DNA of 64,000 bases from an uncultured Chroococcidiopsis sp. (GCA_964248365.1 CAXTYC010000001.1:224001-288000), one strand, 5' to 3'. Counted from the first letter of the stretch, positions 50,460 through 64,000 are shown. The notes: generated by a model not told the origin, from the letters alone. Numbers and translations: made by a program.

Positions 50460-50505
50460 TTTAAATTTTTGCATATAGCTTAATAATTTAATGATGGAAT
50501 ATTAA

Positions 50506-51528
50506 ATGAATGACATTAATCAGTGCTACGAAATCCTTGGGCTTAAACCTGGTGCTTCATGGGAGGAAGTCAAGCAGGCTTACAGAGATTTGGCTATGGT
50601 TTGGCATCCAGATCGTTTCCCTGCTGACAATCCTCGCTTAAAAGAGAAGGCGCAGCAGGAACTAAAAAGAATCATTGCAGCTTATGAAGTAACCAAATCT
50701 CATCAGTTTAGTTATTCAGCAAATACTAAGTCGTCTAGTTCAGCAGATGCCAAAACTCATCAAGCTTCTCGACCAGATCATAAACCGCCTAGTTACACAG
50801 ATGCTAAAACCTATTATGAGCAGGGAATGGAGAAGGCTAAAAGAGGAAAATATAAGGAAGCGATCGCAGATTTTCTCCGCGCAATTCTGAGCAATTCCAA
50901 CTATGCCGAAGCATACAAATATCGAGGAATTGCTCACTCAAAACTTGGAGATAACCAGAAAGCAATTTCAGATTTAAAGCAAGCCGCAGATTTATATTTG
51001 AAACAAGGTAGTACAAATGATTACCAAGATGTACTAGAGTGGCTCAAAAAGCTACAACCACCTGAAGCAGAGATAGATTATTATTGTAGACTACACAAAT
51101 TACTATCAGCAGGAAAGTGGAGAGAGGCTGATCAAGAAACTCTCAATATTATGCTTAAGCTAGCTGAGCGAGAAAAAGAAGGCTGGCTTAGGGTAGAGGA
51201 CATCAAAAACTTTCCCTCTCCTCACCTCAAAACCCTCGACAAACTTTGGGTTAAATCCAGTAAAAGTCACTTCGGATTTACTGTGCAAAAGCGCATTTTG
51301 CAAATGAGTAAAAATTGCGGTCTATTTGGTTATGAAACATTTTGTGAAATCGTCGGATGGCGTAAAAAAGGTTATTTGCATCAAACAGATTGTTTGCTGT
51401 TGAAAGAACAGCATCTGACATTTTCAATGAATGCCCCTATAGGACATCTTCCTGTTAAATGCTGTGTGTTTAATCAGGCTATTTGTGTTGAGATGTTAAG
51501 TTCGATTCTCTCACATCCAGATTTGTAG
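50506..51528 (+). CDS. DnaJ-TPR-GUN4-like multidomain protein
   Basis: J domain WHPD; TPRs (YKEAIADF, AYKYRG); GUN4-like WREADQET...LDKLWVKSS.SHFGFTVQ...PIGHLP. Confidence 0.85.
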   Translation: MNDINQCYEILGLKPGASWEEVKQAYRDLAMVWHPDRFPADNPRLKEKAQQELKRIIAAYEVTKSHQFSYSANTKSSSSADAKTHQASRPDHKPPSYTDAKTYYEQGMEKAKRGKYKEAIADFLRAILSNSNYAEAYKYRGIAHSKLGDNQKAISDLKQAADLYLKQGSTNDYQDVLEWLKKLQPPEAEIDYYCRLHKLLSAGKWREADQETLNIMLKLAEREKEGWLRVEDIKNFPSPHLKTLDKLWVKSSKSHFGFTVQKRILQMSKNCGLFGYETFCEIVGWRKKGYLHQTDCLLLKEQHLTFSMNAPIGHLPVKCCVFNQAICVEMLSSILSHPDL

Positions 51529-51588
51529 GGGCGGTTTATTCAATATTTTTCATTTCTCCAGAAAGATTCTGTAAAAACACGCCCCTAC
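51525..51588. repeat. REPIN; its GTAG provides the upstream gene's TAG stop
   Basis: GTAGGGGCGGTTT...AAACACGCCCCTAC. Confidence 0.85.
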
Positions 51589-51651
51589 ATTTGTTTCACC
51601 TGTGAACCCACCGTAATATCCCGTAAATATGCATTTATGGCGAATTGTTTT

Positions 51652-51714
51652 GTAGGGGCGGGTTTACAAAGATTTCTGTATAAAAACGAGAAATATCACA
51701 AAACCCGCCCCTAC
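51652..51714. repeat. REPIN immediately upstream of the RAYT
   Basis: GTAGGGGCGGGTTT...AAACCCGCCCCTAC, perfect arms. Confidence 0.92.
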
Positions 51715-51731
51715 ATTTATGCCATTTATTT

Positions 51732-52316
51732 ATGAAATACAATCCACAAAAACATCATCGTCGTTCAATTCGTCTTCAAGGATACGATTACACACAGGCA
51801 GGAGCATATTTTATTACTATTTGTACGTGGCAGCGCGAATGTTTATTCGGTAATATTATAAACAATGAAATGCAGTTAAGCCGCTATGGTGAAGCTGTGC
51901 AGTTCAATTGGCATTATTTGCCCAGACGTTATCCTCATGTTTTATTAGATGCCTTTGTTATCATGCCCAATCATGTGCATGGAATTATTTTTTTGACAGA
52001 TGACCATGTAACGAATATATCGGGTGTAGGGACGGGTTTAGAGATAATTTCCCATAGGGCAATAAATTTTTCTGGAAAACCCGCCCCTACTAGACAACAC
52101 GGTTTACCAGAAGTTATTCGTGGTTTCAAAACATTTTCAGCACGACGCATCAATCAAATTCTCTGTATGGCTGGTGTTCCTGTGTGGCAACGCAATTATT
52201 ATGAACACATCATTCGCAATGAAGAATCATTACAAAAAATTCGGCAATATATCATTAACAATCCATCGTCCTGGCAACAGGATAAATTATATTTTGATAA
52301 TTTTTCATCTCTGTAG
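51732..52316 (+). mobile_element. REP-associated tyrosine transposase (RAYT, Y1 HUH nuclease)
   Basis: RRSIRLQGYDY, YFITIC, VIMPNHVH (HUH), WQRNYYEHIIR, YIINNP (catalytic Tyr); flanked by GTAG REPINs. Confidence 0.92.
52026..52090. repeat. REPIN inside the RAYT coding sequence
   Basis: GTAGGGACGGGTTT...AAACCCGCCCCTAC, translated as VGTGLEIISHRAINFSGKPAPT. Confidence 0.9.
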
Positions 52317-52376
52317 GGGGCGGGTTTACAGATATTTTTGTGGAGAAGCAAAATATCTTACAAAACCCGCCCCTAC
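52313..52376. repeat. REPIN; its GTAG provides the RAYT TAG stop
   Basis: GTAGGGGGCGGGTTT...AAACCCGCCCCTAC; a further half-site near 52402. Confidence 0.9.
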
Positions 52377-52802
52377 CTATGTCTGAAATTTTTGTGAACC
52401 TGTAGGGGAAGGTTTTTCAAGATCAGCCTGGAAAATATAATATTGAGGCTCAGGCGAGGTTTTATACTGGTGCAAGCTCTGATATTACAAAAATCCAAAA
52501 CTATATTATTAACAACCTACTCTTCTGATAACAGGATGAATTACATCCAGATTATTCCTTAAGTTTTTTATAATTTATTTTGCTATCTCAACAAACTAAT
52601 TTTAAATAATTCTAAAGCTTAAAGTTGCTAAACTTACTTTGAAGTATATTTTTTTTGATTTTAGGTATTTAATTTTAGTTATAGTAATAATACTGATTAG
52701 CTAAACCTACATACAATAACTTTATGATACCTTTAGCGACTCTTACTGATGATAATAATAAGCTTTTATTAGAATGAATGACATTGGGATAATTTAAATT
52801 TT

Positions 52803-54002
52803 ATGAATACTCAAGATTATCCTATTCATTCAGCAGTAAATATTAAGCAAAAACGTGGTATTAACCAGCAAATAATAACTAATAAAACCCAGTGTTTTTT
52901 GATTGAAAAACAGCCTAGCACTCCATTCTTAGTAGTAGATTTAGATACCATTGGCGACAATTATCTTACCTTACACCGACTCCTGCCACAGGCACAGATT
53001 TACTATGCAATGAAGGCTAATCCAGCACCAGAAATTTTGAAACTTTTGGTTGGACTTGGGTCGAGTTTCGATACTGCTAGTGTATTTGAAATTGAGCAGT
53101 GTATCGCCGCTGGCGCTATGCCAGAGCGTATTTCCTATGGCAACACTATCAAGAAGGCGCAGGATATCGCTTATGCCTATAAACTAGGAGTTAGGCTGTT
53201 CGCGTTTGATAGCTTATGTGAACTCGAAAAAATTGCTACCTACGCTCCAGGTGCAAGTGTTTACTGCCGCCTTTTGATGAACAATAAAGGTGCCCAATGG
53301 TCGTTATCTAGAAAGTTTGGCTGTGAAATTGACATGGCTTACGACTTACTTTTGCACGCTCGTCAACTCGGTTTAGATCCCTACGGTGTATCATTCCACG
53401 TAGGTTCACAGCAAACTGACCCCTCACAATGGGATATACCCATCAGTAAAACGGCGATGCTGTTCTCGGCGCTAAAGTGTGCGGGTGTACACCTTCGTAT
53501 GGTTAATCTAGGTGGAGGTTTCCCAGGTAGGTATAAATCAGAAATTTTCAGTGTTGAGACTTATACAGATGCGATCGCCAAAGCGATGAGCCGTTATTTT
53601 AATGTTATTCCAGTGATGATGCTTGAGCCTGGGCGATCGCTTGTTGCTGATGCTGGAGTAATTCAAACTGAGGTAGTGCTAATCTCACAAAAGTCTTATT
53701 TGGACGACAAGCGCTGGGTATTTCTTGATATTGGCAAATTTGGTGGTTTAGCAGAAACTATGGATGAGTGCATTAAGTACCGCATCCGCACTCCTTGGGA
53801 TGGTAATGAAGTAGGACCAATTATTCTGGCAGGACCTACCTGTGATAGTGCCGATATTCTCTATGAACACGCTAACTATGAGCTACCACTTAATCTAACT
53901 GTAGGGGATAAAATCGAAATTCTGAGTACAGGTGCATACACTAGCACTTATGCATCCGTTGGCTTTAATGGCTTCCCACCACTAAAAGCTTATTATATCT
54001 AG
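52803..54002 (+). CDS. Ornithine (lysine/ornithine) decarboxylase, fold type III PLP enzyme
   Basis: YYAMKANP, FDTAS, SRKFG, FHVGSQ, NLGGGF, EPGR, GPTCDSAD, GAYT. Confidence 0.92.
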   Translation: MNTQDYPIHSAVNIKQKRGINQQIITNKTQCFLIEKQPSTPFLVVDLDTIGDNYLTLHRLLPQAQIYYAMKANPAPEILKLLVGLGSSFDTASVFEIEQCIAAGAMPERISYGNTIKKAQDIAYAYKLGVRLFAFDSLCELEKIATYAPGASVYCRLLMNNKGAQWSLSRKFGCEIDMAYDLLLHARQLGLDPYGVSFHVGSQQTDPSQWDIPISKTAMLFSALKCAGVHLRMVNLGGGFPGRYKSEIFSVETYTDAIAKAMSRYFNVIPVMMLEPGRSLVADAGVIQTEVVLISQKSYLDDKRWVFLDIGKFGGLAETMDECIKYRIRTPWDGNEVGPIILAGPTCDSADILYEHANYELPLNLTVGDKIEILSTGAYTSTYASVGFNGFPPLKAYYI

Positions 54003-54061
54003 AGCCTGAGCAGAATAAAAGTTGCGATCGCAAGACCAACTAAATATGAGATTACTTAATT

Positions 54062-54100
54062 AAGCTTACGCATTCTAACTGTAGTAGTAATGCGTAAGCC
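54062..54100. repeat. Inverted repeat (GCTTACGCATT...AATGCGTAAGC)
   Basis: 11-bp arms; ends related to the 42707 element. Confidence 0.65.
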
Positions 54101-54310
54101 TTAATCAGCTTCTAGCATTACCTAACTTATTTTTATTGAAAAACAATGCATTCAATTAATTACACGCAATGGGCTTGTAACCCACAACTAAAATTTTTTT
54201 TCATCTTACTTCCGATATTCCACTCTCCGATTTCCGACTTTTTTTGTTACTGGTAGCAGATATAAAAGTTTTAGAGTAACTACAAGTAAGAAGTTTATAG
54301 CGAGAAATTT

Positions 54311-54628
54311 ATGTATTTAGTATTGGTTCTGATTGCAGCAATTTCATTTACTATCGGCGGTATCTATATGAAGCTTGCTGCTGGGCTATCCCAGCTAGTA
54401 CCCAACTTGCTTGTATATCTTTTTTTTACCATAGGAGCGAGTTTGCAAACTCTTGCTATCCAGAAGTCTGACCTGGGAGCTACTTATATTTTTGTACTTG
54501 GTCTTGAGTCCATATTAACTTTATTATTTGGCGTTCTAATTTTTAAAGAAAAATATTCTGTTTTAAAACTCTTTGGAGTATCTTTAATTGTTGCTGGGAT
54601 TATATTTTTACGCACGAGTCAGATTTAA
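54311..54628 (+). CDS. SMR/DMT family small membrane transporter
   Basis: 105 aa, four TMs, MK..G, LGATY, LIFKE, KLFGVSLIVAGI. Confidence 0.82.
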   Translation: MYLVLVLIAAISFTIGGIYMKLAAGLSQLVPNLLVYLFFTIGASLQTLAIQKSDLGATYIFVLGLESILTLLFGVLIFKEKYSVLKLFGVSLIVAGIIFLRTSQI

Positions 54629-54635
54629 AGAAATG

Positions 54636-54694
54636 GTAGGGGCGGGTTTTTTAGATTATCTGTTCTCCTATTAATAATCTGTAAATGCCCCTAC
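54636..54694. repeat. REPIN
   Basis: GTAGGGGCGGGTTT...AAATGCCCCTAC. Confidence 0.85.
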
Positions 54695-54716
54695 ATATAC
54701 CGGAAATTTTTGTATC

Positions 54717-54956
54717 CTAATTCTGGTAAGAACGACCGCGTACATATAAACCTACTGCTAAAGCTATTCCAGGCAATGTCAGAATAGCTACCCAGGGAGA
54801 CTGTAGCCAATTACCCTCACTCGCTTGTTCAGTATAATTACGATATCTACTGAGTGAACAAGCTTGTGTAGGACTAACTGAAGTCAACATAACACTACTG
54901 GCGATCGCAGTAGTAGATAAAATAGCCGCCAACGATAATTTTGCTTTCATTGTTGT
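54717..54956 (-). CDS. Small hypothetical membrane/secreted protein (start approximate)
   Basis: Signal-like N-terminus (TQAC), C-terminal TM SPWVAILTLPGIALAVGL. Confidence 0.6.
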   Translation of the reverse strand, partial: TTMKAKLSLAAILSTTAIASSVMLTSVSPTQACSLSRYRNYTEQASEGNWLQSPWVAILTLPGIALAVGLYVRGRSYQN

Positions 54957-54983
54957 TATTTTCTCCAACTATTTTCAGTTTAA

Positions 54984-55047
54984 GTAGGGGCGAATTTAAC
55001 AGACATATTTATGGGAAAATAGACAATCCTGAAAAACCTGCCCCTAT
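54984..55047. repeat. REPIN (degenerate)
   Basis: GTAGGGGCGAATTT...AAACCTGCCCCTA. Confidence 0.8.
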
Positions 55048-55148
55048 TCCTTCGCGGACACAATTTTCATAAATTGTAATCTCTGAACTGAATTAATGCA
55101 TATAAAAAAGGGCAAAACTTAATTTCGCCCTGACAGAATATAAATGAT

Positions 55149-55193
55149 GTAGGAGTGGGTTTTTCAAGATATCTCTATTAAACCCGCCCCTAC
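55149..55193. repeat. REPIN with a shortened spacer, abutting the chlN stop
   Basis: GTAGGAGTGGGTTT...AAACCCGCCCCTAC. Confidence 0.82.
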
Positions 55194-55195
55194 TT

Positions 55196-56596
<1,401 letters not shown>

Positions 56597-56735
56597 TTAC
56601 TTTTTCTCCCCTTCTTATTTAAAGAATGCAGATCAAAAAATGATGAATTATGAAGGATGAAATTTAATCTTCAGCATGATTGCCTTCAACCTTCATCCTT
56701 TTCCCTTTCCCCTTTCCCCTTTATTTCGGCAGTGT

Positions 56736-57335
56736 TCAAAACTCAGGAAATAAACGGGAAATTTCGTCGTCATCCGATTTCCTCTCTTCCCTGGCTGGAG
56801 TTCTGTCTGATGTTTGCTCAGACGAGACATTAATCCCTTGGTTTAATTCATCCAACCAAGCATCGCCCATTTGATTCTCAGTTGTACTTGATTGTGAGGA
56901 TTGAGATTGTATTCCTGGTGTTGTTCTATCCACCACTTCAACACGGGATGATTCTCTCGACTGAAGGATTTGTTCATCTTGCGCCGTTCCCATTACCGTT
57001 TCCACGTTTGTGTTTGGCTTCGTGGGAATAGGGCGTGGGTTTTCTATGGGTTGGGAACCGCCCCCCAATCTTTCTGGGTCGAAATTCAACTCTAGTATCT
57101 CAATCAAGGCATTTACATCTGGATTAAGCCTAGTACAAGGCAATAGTAATTGCCCTAATTGCGGCTCAAGCGTACTCACAACTCCCAGGATGAGGAAAGA
57201 AGACGGTCGTCTGCCACCATCAGGAGTGGCAACATGATCCACTTCCATTTGTCGTGTAATCCAAGAACGATTTTCCTGAAAATACTGCAACCACTTGTGT
57301 TTCAAGGAGGTCGTCAAGTCAGTGAAAAAAGCCAT
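56736..57335 (-). CDS. DUF5331-like protein between chlL and chlN
   Basis: KWLQYFQENRSW, GGRRPSSFLILG, LNFDPE; disordered tail. Confidence 0.75.
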   Translation of the reverse strand: MAFFTDLTTSLKHKWLQYFQENRSWITRQMEVDHVATPDGGRRPSSFLILGVVSTLEPQLGQLLLPCTRLNPDVNALIEILELNFDPERLGGGSQPIENPRPIPTKPNTNVETVMGTAQDEQILQSRESSRVEVVDRTTPGIQSQSSQSSTTENQMGDAWLDELNQGINVSSEQTSDRTPAREERKSDDDEISRLFPEF

Positions 57336-57393
57336 CTTTTCTTTACCTCATCCAGAATCAATAGAGTAAGCACATTGGCATTATCCCTACTGA

Positions 57394-58260
57394 TTAAACC
57401 ATCATCAAGTCCAGTTCTTCTTCCTGATTTACAACGGGTGGTTTAGTGGGATTGAGGTAGAAGTCAGACAGCAAGGCAAACAACTCCCTGTCTGGTGAGT
57501 CGTTTGGCACAACTCCTTCAGGACGAGCCAGAATTTGATCGGCAATATTGAGGTAGTAGTCACAGACATAATTAAGGGAAGGATCATGCTCAGCCATTTC
57601 AAACAAAGTCTTGCCTTTCACACGGGAAACGCGGATGTCCTCAATTAGGGGCAAAACTTCTAAAACTGGCATTGGGACTGATTCTATATATTTATCAATC
57701 AGGTCACGCTTAGCAGTGCGGTTGCCAATTAAACCAGCTAGACGCAAGGGGTGAGTCCGGGCTTTTTCCCTTACTGATGCAGCAATTCGGTTAGCGGCAA
57801 ACAAGGCATCAAAACCATTGTCTGTCACAATCATGCAGTAGTCTGCATAGTTAAGCGGCGCAGCAAAACCGCCACACACTACGTCACCCAATACGTCAAA
57901 CAGAATTACATCGTACTCATCAAAGGCGTTGAGTTCCTTGAGTAGCTTGACTGTCTCGCCTACGACATAGCCGCCGCAACCTGCACCTGCTGGAGGTCCA
58001 CCAGCCTCTACACAATCAACACCGCCATATCCTTTGTAAATTACATCTTCAGACCAAACGTCTTCGTAGTGGTAATCCTTTGCCTGAAGAGTGTCGATAA
58101 TTGTGGGAATCAGGAACCCAGTGAGGGTAAAGGTGCTGTCATGCTTAGGATCGCAGCCAATTTGCAGAACTTTTTTGCCGCGCTTGGCTAAGGCTACAGA
58201 TATATTACAGCTAGTTGTGGATTTGCCGATGCCACCTTTTCCGTAGACTGCAAGTTTCAC
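57394..58260 (-). CDS. chlL: Light-independent protochlorophyllide reductase Fe protein
   Basis: GTG start, [37 protein letters not shown]. Confidence 0.98.
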   Translation of the reverse strand: MKLAVYGKGGIGKSTTSCNISVALAKRGKKVLQIGCDPKHDSTFTLTGFLIPTIIDTLQAKDYHYEDVWSEDVIYKGYGGVDCVEAGGPPAGAGCGGYVVGETVKLLKELNAFDEYDVILFDVLGDVVCGGFAAPLNYADYCMIVTDNGFDALFAANRIAASVREKARTHPLRLAGLIGNRTAKRDLIDKYIESVPMPVLEVLPLIEDIRVSRVKGKTLFEMAEHDPSLNYVCDYYLNIADQILARPEGVVPNDSPDRELFALLSDFYLNPTKPPVVNQEEELDLMMV

Positions 58261-58853
58261 GTTTAGTTGGCTCCTATCAAAGTTGCTTGTTAAATGTGGC
58301 AAAAGTTGGCGCTTCAACTAGCCGTCTTTTTGCCGTTGCTTGTTTTCCTTTCCTGCATTATCTGCCAACTGCTGAGGAAAAGAAAGGGGTGTTTTGAATA
58401 GATTAGGGTTTAAAGCTGAAATATATATATTTAAATAATGATTATTAGTTACTTTTGCCTTAAAAATTTTATCTAGCTCTAATAATCACTTTTTTTAATT
58501 TTTTATACCATTTAATATATAAAATTAGTTACAATCTAAAAATAATAATATTTGTCACAAATTAGAAAAAAACAAGTAAATAGTGATATAAAAATCGCTT
58601 CAGGTTATCCCAGCCATAAAGAATGCTTGGATTAGAGTCAAAGAACCATAGACAACAAGTGATTCAAACAGCAAAGCTTTCGAGGCTAACCGATGTTGTT
58701 TGAATTACACATCGCTCTCATCGCAGCTTTACCTTTGAAGGTAGTCGAGTAGGGGAACAGCAGTTGAAGGATAAAGCGCACCTTATATCTGGTGATTGAG
58801 TGCGATCGCGTGGAATAATGTTAAGAATAATAAATTTTGTTCTAACTACAGGC

Positions 58854-59108
58854 TCAAGAAATATCTAACTCAGTTTCTGCTATTTCTTGTAAGGATTGCC
58901 AGCCAGCTTGCCATTGAGAGCGGTCTTTTAAGATTTTGGCGTTAATCCAGAAACGGACATTAGGGTCGCAAGCAGCAACCATTTCGGCAAACACCCACTT
59001 ATTCTGATTCTTGCGATTGACGACCTGAAAGTGTCGCCATCCCCACATTTTTTGCACAGAAGTCCACTTTGAGCCAACCAGGTAAGGAAATTTTTGTTTT
59101 TTAGACAT
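58854..59108 (-). CDS. TIGR02450 family Trp-rich protein
   Basis: GSKWT, WRHFQVV, WINAK.LKD...WQAGW. Confidence 0.85.
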   Translation of the reverse strand: MSKKQKFPYLVGSKWTSVQKMWGWRHFQVVNRKNQNKWVFAEMVAACDPNVRFWINAKILKDRSQWQAGWQSLQEIAETELDIS

Positions 59109-59117
59109 ATTGAGGGA

Positions 59118-59282
59118 TGAGGGGTGAGGGGCTAGGGGCTAGAGGAAGAGGAAGGGGGAGAGTGGGAGAGTGGGAGAGGGGGAGAATAATTAATTACGAA
59201 TTACGAATTACCCTTTACCGCAATACCTCTTTACCCTTTTTTCTAGCCCCTAGCCTCCAGCCCCCAGCCCCCAGTCCCTAGT
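59118..59282. repeat. Mixed inverted heptamer STRR tract
   Basis: GGGGCTA/TAGCCCC, GGGAGAGT and ATTACGA units. Confidence 0.75.
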
Positions 59283-61115
<1,833 letters not shown>

Positions 61116-61432
61116 ACTAGCTTTGCAGTTAACTAAGATGGTGGAGTATATAATTATTCTTCCCACATCAAGCCAAATAAGAACGCGATCGCTAATTTAG
61201 GGACTAGAGGCAAGGGGCTAGGGACTAGGGAAAAATTCTCTGCTTGCGGTGCAAAGTGGGGCGGAAATACCCCTTTGGAATTACGTAAACACCGATCTTG
61301 TAACTACCCCAAGTCTTTCTACAATGACCGATAGGGACACCAAGAGCAAGAACACTCCCCCCTTACGAGCGCGTTCTTCGCGTCTTGGCGGTTCGTTACT
61401 CAAATCAAGACTCGCAAGGGGAAGCGCGAAAT

Positions 61433-64000
61433 ATGCAACCAACAGATCCCAACAAATTTACAGACAAAGCCTGGGAAGCGATCGCTCACACTCCTGATAT
61501 CGTTAAAGCAGGCGGACAACAGCAGATTGAAAGCGAACACCTGCTTAAAGCACTGCTAGAACAAGAAGGGCTAGCTATTAGCATTCTTACCAAGTGTGGC
61601 GTAGACATTGCAAAACTGCGCGATCGCACCGAACAATTTATCCAACGTCAACCTAAAATATCCGGTAGCAGTAGTTCCGTCTACCTGGGACGTAGCTTAG
61701 ATACACTGCTAGATAGAGCAGAATCCTATCGCAAAGAATTTGACGACGAATTTATTTCAATTGAACACTTATTACTGTCGTATACCAAGGATGATCGCTT
61801 TGGCAAAAGCTTATTCCAAGAATTTGGCTTAGACGAAGCAAAACTAAAAAATACTATTAAACAAATTCGTGGGAATCAGAAAGTGACAGACCAAAATCCA
61901 GAAGGCAAATACGAATCACTAGAAAAATATGGGCGGGACTTGACAGAAGCCGCCCGTAGTGGTAAACTTGACCCTGTTATTGGGCGAGATGATGAAATTC
62001 GCCGTACAATTCAAATCCTTTCTCGTCGCACCAAAAATAACCCTGTATTAATTGGTGAACCTGGTGTCGGTAAAACAGCGATCGTCGAAGGACTGGCACA
62101 ACGAATCATAGCAGGTGACGTACCCCAGTCGCTCAAAGACCGCAAGCTGATATCTCTGGACATGGGTGCTTTGATCGCAGGGGCAAAGTTTCGAGGTGAA
62201 TTTGAAGAACGCCTAAAAGCAGTTCTCAAAGAAGTTACCGAATCCAAAGGTAACATTATTCTCTTCATTGACGAAATTCACACCGTTGTTGGTGCAGGTG
62301 CTACTCAAGGGGCGATGGATGCTAGCAACTTGCTTAAACCAATGTTGGCGCGGGGTGAACTGCGCTGTATTGGTGCTACTACCCTCGATGAGTACCGCAA
62401 GTATATAGAAAAAGACGCAGCACTAGAAAGACGCTTCCAACAGGTGTATGTGGATCAGCCCAGCGTAGAAGATACAATTTCGATTCTGCGGGGTTTGAAA
62501 GAGCGGTATGAAGTCCATCATGGGGTAAAAATTTCCGACAGTGCCTTGGTTGCAGCCGCTACGTTGTCAAATCGATATATTAGCGATCGCTTCCTTCCCG
62601 ACAAAGCGATCGATCTGGTTGACGAAGCCGCAGCTCGTTTGAAAATGGAGATCACCTCCAAACCCGAAGAACTCGACGAAATTGACCGGAAAATCCTGCA
62701 ACTTGAGATGGAACGGCTTTCGCTAGAAAAAGAAAGCAACGCCGCCTCCAGAGAACGCTTGGAAAGACTGGAAAAAGAACTTGCCGATCTCAAAGAAGAG
62801 CAAAGAGCGCTTTCTGCTCAATGGCAGTCTGAAAAGGATGTTATTAGCAAAATTCAGACAATTAAAGAAGAGATTGATCGCGTTAACGTCGAAATCCAAC
62901 AAGCAGAACGCGACTACGACCTCAACAAAGCAGCAGAATTGAAATATGGCAAGTTGACTGACTTGCACAGACAACTTGAAGAAGCTGAAACTCTTCTAAC
63001 GCAAGCTCAAGGAAGTGGTCAATCCCTACTGCGCGAAGAAGTGACAGAAGCGGACATCGCGGAAGTTATTTCTAAGTGGACGGGTATTCCAATCGGCAAG
63101 CTAGTGGAAACCGAGACAGAAAAACTGCTGCACTTGGAAGACGAACTACACCGTCGTGTAATTGGTCAAGATGAGGCGGTTACAGCTGTTGCTGATGCAA
63201 TTCAGCGATCGCGTGCTGGACTTGCCGATCCCAATCGTCCCATTGCTAGCTTTATTTTCCTTGGTCCAACGGGGGTGGGAAAAACCGAACTCGCCAAAGC
63301 CTTGGCTGCATATCTGTTCGACACCGAAGAAGCAATGGTGCGAATTGATATGTCCGAATACATGGAGAAACATACGGTTTCTCGCCTAATCGGTGCGCCT
63401 CCTGGATACGTCGGTTACGAAGAAGGAGGACAGCTAACCGAATCAATTCGTCGTCGTCCTTATGCTGTAGTGCTATTCGACGAAATCGAAAAAGCGCATC
63501 CAGATGTATTCAACATCATGCTGCAAATCCTCGATGATGGACGTGTAACCGATTCCCAAGGTCATACGGTGGACTTTAAGAACACCATTATCATCATGAC
63601 TAGCAACATTGGTTCTCAATACATCTTGGATCTAGCGGGGGATGATTCTCGCTATGAAGAAATGCGTAGTCGGGTGATGGAGGCGATGCGTAATAGCTTC
63701 CGTCCAGAGTTCCTCAACCGAATTGACGAGATTATTATCTTCCATGCTCTCAATAGAGCAGAATTGCGGCAAATTGTCAAGCTACAGGTGCGGCGACTCG
63801 AACAGCGACTGGCTGAGCGCAAGATTACGCTCAGACTCTCTGATGCTGCTCTCGATTTCTTAGCAGAAGTGGGCTATGATCCAGTGTTTGGAGCGCGTCC
63901 ACTCAAGCGAGCGATTCAGCGCGAGTTGGAAACTCAAATCGCTAAGTCAATTCTACGTGGCGAATTCAACGACGGCGATACTATCTTTGTGGATGTGGAA
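61433..64000 (+). CDS. clpB: ATP-dependent chaperone ClpB (runs off the window end)
   Basis: [33 protein letters not shown], long coiled-coil M domain, [17 protein letters not shown]; missing from the ORF track because no stop lies in the window. Confidence 0.96.
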   Translation, partial: MQPTDPNKFTDKAWEAIAHTPDIVKAGGQQQIESEHLLKALLEQEGLAISILTKCGVDIAKLRDRTEQFIQRQPKISGSSSSVYLGRSLDTLLDRAESYRKEFDDEFISIEHLLLSYTKDDRFGKSLFQEFGLDEAKLKNTIKQIRGNQKVTDQNPEGKYESLEKYGRDLTEAARSGKLDPVIGRDDEIRRTIQILSRRTKNNPVLIGEPGVGKTAIVEGLAQRIIAGDVPQSLKDRKLISLDMGALIAGAKFRGEFEERLKAVLKEVTESKGNIILFIDEIHTVVGAGATQGAMDASNLLKPMLARGELRCIGATTLDEYRKYIEKDAALERRFQQVYVDQPSVEDTISILRGLKERYEVHHGVKISDSALVAAATLSNRYISDRFLPDKAIDLVDEAAARLKMEITSKPEELDEIDRKILQLEMERLSLEKESNAASRERLERLEKELADLKEEQRALSAQWQSEKDVISKIQTIKEEIDRVNVEIQQAERDYDLNKAAELKYGKLTDLHRQLEEAETLLTQAQGSGQSLLREEVTEADIAEVISKWTGIPIGKLVETETEKLLHLEDELHRRVIGQDEAVTAVADAIQRSRAGLADPNRPIASFIFLGPTGVGKTELAKALAAYLFDTEEAMVRIDMSEYMEKHTVSRLIGAPPGYVGYEEGGQLTESIRRRPYAVVLFDEIEKAHPDVFNIMLQILDDGRVTDSQGHTVDFKNTIIIMTSNIGSQYILDLAGDDSRYEEMRSRVMEAMRNSFRPEFLNRIDEIIIFHALNRAELRQIVKLQVRRLEQRLAERKITLRLSDAALDFLAEVGYDPVFGARPLKRAIQRELETQIAKSILRGEFNDGDTIFVDVE

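Noticed and set aside
50342..52420. Repeat cluster as a CRISPR array
   Set aside because: The repeats are inverted pairs with related spacers and irregular spacing, sit next to a RAYT, and no cas genes are present
54100..54310. Guanidine riboswitch upstream of the SMR gene
   Set aside because: No recognisable ykkC or mini-ykkC (ACGR hairpin) pattern, and the SMR lacks Gdx-type Glu-containing TM1 motifs
62011..63446. Several minus-strand and off-frame ORFs
   Set aside because: Shadows of the clpB coding sequence

Overview
A 64 kb chromosomal window from a cyanobacterium, judged from frequent HIP1 GCGATCGC octamers, psaE/ndhO/chlLN/sqdBX and heptamer STRR-type repeats. Most of it is housekeeping: sqdX/sqdB, ycf46-ycf35, gdhA, metG-NYN-lptC-comB, ndhO-mutM-psaE, pedR, a group 2 sigma factor, cobO, tRNA-fMet, rsfS-yqeK, queE, chlL-chlN and the 5' part of clpB. 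Three accessory zones stand out. (1) At about 22.3-35.0 kb there is a divergent cluster that looks like an uncharacterised synthase-dependent exopolysaccharide system: a GT2 synthase with two N-terminal MshEN-like domains, a BcsB-like co-polymerase, a GH8-like lipoprotein, a GT-C-type membrane protein, a Tat lipoprotein glycosidase, a probable outer-membrane barrel and a Tat GH5. (2) A RAYT/Y1 transposase at 51.7-52.3 kb is surrounded by GTAGGGGCGGGTTT...AAACCCGCCCCTAC REPINs; one lies in-frame inside the transposase gene, and two supply stop codons. (3) Defence and toxin-antitoxin genes are decaying: frameshifted BrnT, a Uma2 nonsense allele, and a type II R-M pair with both genes broken. All family assignments come from motif recognition without database searches. 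Single-base frameshifts could be sequencing errors.
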